Below are positions 60,495 through 64,000 of a DNA stretch of 64,000 nucleotides, in pieces. The position numbers and the translations under genes are program-made. A model generated the notes under the pieces. That model ran no database searches. It was not told where the DNA came from and worked only from the letters and a program-made list of their open reading frames with translations. This DNA comes from Chrysomallon squamiferum (Eukaryota; Animalia; Mollusca), in assembly GCA_012295275.1 (NCBI GenBank), contig CM022672.1, positions 7,130,001-7,194,000 on the forward strand, in the 5' to 3' direction. The stretch's first letter is position 1. Every line of letters starts with the position of its first letter.

Positions 60495-61070
60495 CAATAA
60501 TGTATGAAAATATCTGCCAAGTATAATATTTCATCTGCCAGCAAAGACTACAAAATGTATAGAATGTCAGTAGATTCTGGCTATATAAGAAAATACCGGA
60601 TGAACCATCCACATTAAGAAAATGTAGACACTGTACTACCAATAAAGTCCCAAACATTAATATCCCCAGGTCATTCTGCTTCATAAACAGTTACTAATCC
60701 CTGCAGTAAATTAATGTAGCGAACACACGACAATACATGTTAGTTAACTAAGCTGAATTCCATAACATAAATACATTTCTATTGAATGTTTTGGAATAAT
60801 TTTCTTTTTTAATCATTATCTTTTTATACTGAATATTTCATGTTCTTATTATGTTTTGAATTTTTAATAAAATGCAGCTCAAATGAATAAACTAAAACTG
60901 AATATGTAAACTGACTGTCTGTGAATAATGTATCTATCTGTATATCTGTCTGTCATAATTCTTTAAACTAAAATACAATGAGTAAAACATCAGCACAATT
61001 GAAATTGTTTAAACAAACCAAAATAATTTTTCATCTTCATTATTGTTAGTTATTGTTATTATCAATTATT

Positions 61071-61137
<67 letters not shown>

Positions 61138-62203
61138 CACCACTTAATTCTGCAACAAAATAATTACATAATGGTTTGATATTTGTAAAGTGATAAACTA
61201 CAATAGACTGATGTCTGGTTATGCATAATTATAGAACAAGTAAATACAACTGAATTGGTTTACATATCCTGCAGTACAATATTATATTTTTAATGTATAT
61301 ATAATTTATATCTGAATAGACTAAGTCTAGTCTCAATCATTATGTGCAATAAAAATGGACAAACAATGATTTTATTATGAAAAATTGAAGTTTTAAAACT
61401 GTTTTCAGTTTAAACTTCATGCTATTAATTATTATTCTTATTTATTTTATTATAATTTCAAATTTATGTCAAAGCAGCCACAGCAAGGTAACTGCAGCAA
61501 TAATAATTTAAAAAACAAAAAATAACAAATGAAATTCTAAACAGAAATTCATTATCAGTACTTAATCATAAACCAAGCTTAGTGAACTGACAAAGATATT
61601 TCAAAATAATTTGTTTTTCCATAACTGAATCAGACAATTCAATGAACATGATTATTATTTGTGTGTGTGTTTTCATTTATTTTTCTTTATTTTATAATTA
61701 TTATTATTTGAAAAAGGGATGGGGGAATTGTGTGGTAAGACTGTAATCTTTAAAGAAGAATAACTATTTGAAAAAAAAAAAAAAAAATAAATTTGTTATT
61801 AACAGTTGAATTCTACATGTTATCTTTTACTAAAATATTTTTTACAATTAACTCATGAATAAAGAGACCTGATAAGTTTTTTAAAATATATACCAGTTCA
61901 CTAATTTTTTAAATCAATATATCTGTACATTAAAAAAACACACATAAAAAACATTAAAAATAAAAAAAACAATAAATAAATAAATAATGAAACAGCAAAT
62001 ATATATTGGATCTTTTACAACTTCATCAATAACTTAGATAATGCCTATTTGTTGTTGTCTTTTAGATCATATTCTTTTGTACTGCTAACTTGTTTGGGTT
62101 TTTTTTATCTAACAAAATAAAATAAAAAATAAAGAAGTTAAATATTGATTAAGAATTAAGAAAAATACTAAATAATATGAGATATATTTAATAATCATAA
62201 TTT

Positions 62204-62283
<80 letters not shown>

Positions 62284-62453
62284 GAAAGAGAGAGAGACAG
62301 AGAAAGAGAACAAGTCGCATAACAGACTAATAATAATAATAATTTAAAAAATAAATAAAAACTGCTACTATTAGTATTAGAAAGTAAAACTTGCAGAAGA
62401 ATATAAAGCCAAATATGACTCAGTCACTATAGGTTTTTAACAGGATAAGGCAT

Positions 62454-62488
<35 letters not shown>

Positions 62489-62692
62489 TATACATTTCTT
62501 TTTTGCACCTGTACATATTTAGTAAACTTCATTAACATTTTAAAATAAATGAAAAAAAATATTCATTTAAAAGTAATTTTGGTAACAGAAATTAAGTTCC
62601 TAAAATCATTCAAAAAATATATATATAATTTTCATATATATATATATTTAATTTTAAATATTTTAAAATAATAAATAAATATGTGTATGTAC

Positions 62693-62748
<56 letters not shown>

Positions 62749-64000
62749 AAAATTAAGAATATATTTAATTTTGCTACATACCAAAAATTATGAATCATCT
62801 GTGTGTGTGCATCTGCTTCTGTAAACTTCATAAAAATATGATGCTTAAATAAAGTTATCTCAGTTTTCAATATCTGATTTAGTAGAAAAAGGAAGCACTA
62901 AGTTAGAAATATCAGATTTGATTATCATAAACATGGAACAGCTGCCTGTATGTCTGACTTGAATGCCAAATCTGTTTACCTCACTAGATTTGTGAACTAA
63001 CCATAGTTTACATCAGCAAGCTTATTAAATATGAGAAAAAATATATAAATAACCTTTGTATGCTTCCAGTTGGACTGCTTATTTCTAGAGCCAGAAAACA
63101 ACTATTACTTAGTAAGTGTGACAAAAACAGAACAAATCAAATTAAAACAAATCCAATGAGGTCACCACTTTCCCTATTTTCATCGATCCTAATGAAATAA
63201 AATCATAGAGCAGCAATAACATTATATAATAAGGTGATAAACATACAGTGATTTCAGTTTTTTATCACTACTGCTGGTTTATATCTAGTAACTAAAATTT
63301 AAAGCCAAATCATTTTAGAAGCAGTGAATTTAGTCAATACTTTATTCTCAATGTTGTTAATTTTCTTGTACAAAAGGATGTACAAAAATAATTTCATTTG
63401 TCATTACTGTCTGTTGTAAAAAGTGTGGCAGTTATTGAATTTTGTTCAAACAGAGCTGTTCTGCAAGCTTACAGAGAATTATGTATGTAGGTAAAAAAAA
63501 TTATAATAATAAAAAAAAAATGTATTTATATTTATTATTATGATCTCTTTAGACAAACTTAATTTAACATTAACAACCAAAAGTGTTTAATGTCCAGTAT
63601 GCTTAATTTGTAAAAAAAAATATATATATTATTTATTACGTTATAATATAAAGTAAATTAAATTAAAGAAAGATTATAGATTTTAGTATCTGATTCATAT
63701 CATTAAATGACTAAAATATTTTTAGATCTGTTAGTTATTAATATTGCTACTGTTTACTTTCATCTGTGCTTTACTTACAATACACATAGTTTGTAGAAAT
63801 GTGTTTATATACATGATTTTTGTGAACTGTCATATGTGTATGTGCATTTGTTTGAGAGTGTATGTGTATGTGTGCGTGTGAGAGACAGTGACTAACACAA
63901 GCATGGAAATATGTTTATTGTCATCATTTTCATGTATAATAAGTATCTTTTCAATAATTTTGTTATGTATTTCGATGTATGAATTAAGTGGTTTATGTTA

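Overview
AT-rich, microsatellite-rich, intron-containing animal DNA. It looks invertebrate and probably molluscan, inferred from the perlucin-like lectin, mosaic CpG pattern and repeat types. I assembled four spliced genes by hand from splice signals and reading-frame phase. (1) A secreted single-domain C-type lectin with non-canonical sugar-binding motifs (- strand, 5 coding exons, 2000-8364, 163 aa). (2) GOLGA7/GCP16 (- strand, 5 coding exons, 16957-20562, 145 aa), whose last intron is a clear U12 (minor spliceosome) intron. (3) SUCLG1 (+ strand, 9 exons, 21047-28234, 328 aa), head-to-head with GOLGA7 across 484 bp. (4) CCDC142 (- strand, 9 coding exons, 31930-42395, about 995 aa), interrupted by a one-base frameshift at 40582-40585. 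The most unusual structure is in CCDC142: after two consecutive exons, the exon 3' end plus its 5' splice site has been tandemly amplified into ~57-58 bp minisatellites, giving arrays of decoy donors. Also present are a 12-bp G-rich array, a 4x105-bp array, a foldback/MITE-like element in two copies, degenerate SINE-like and LINE-like remnants, and a 21-kb CpG-poor tail (43-64 kb) with no recognisable coding exon. Most ORFs in the supplied track are microsatellite or antisense artefacts.
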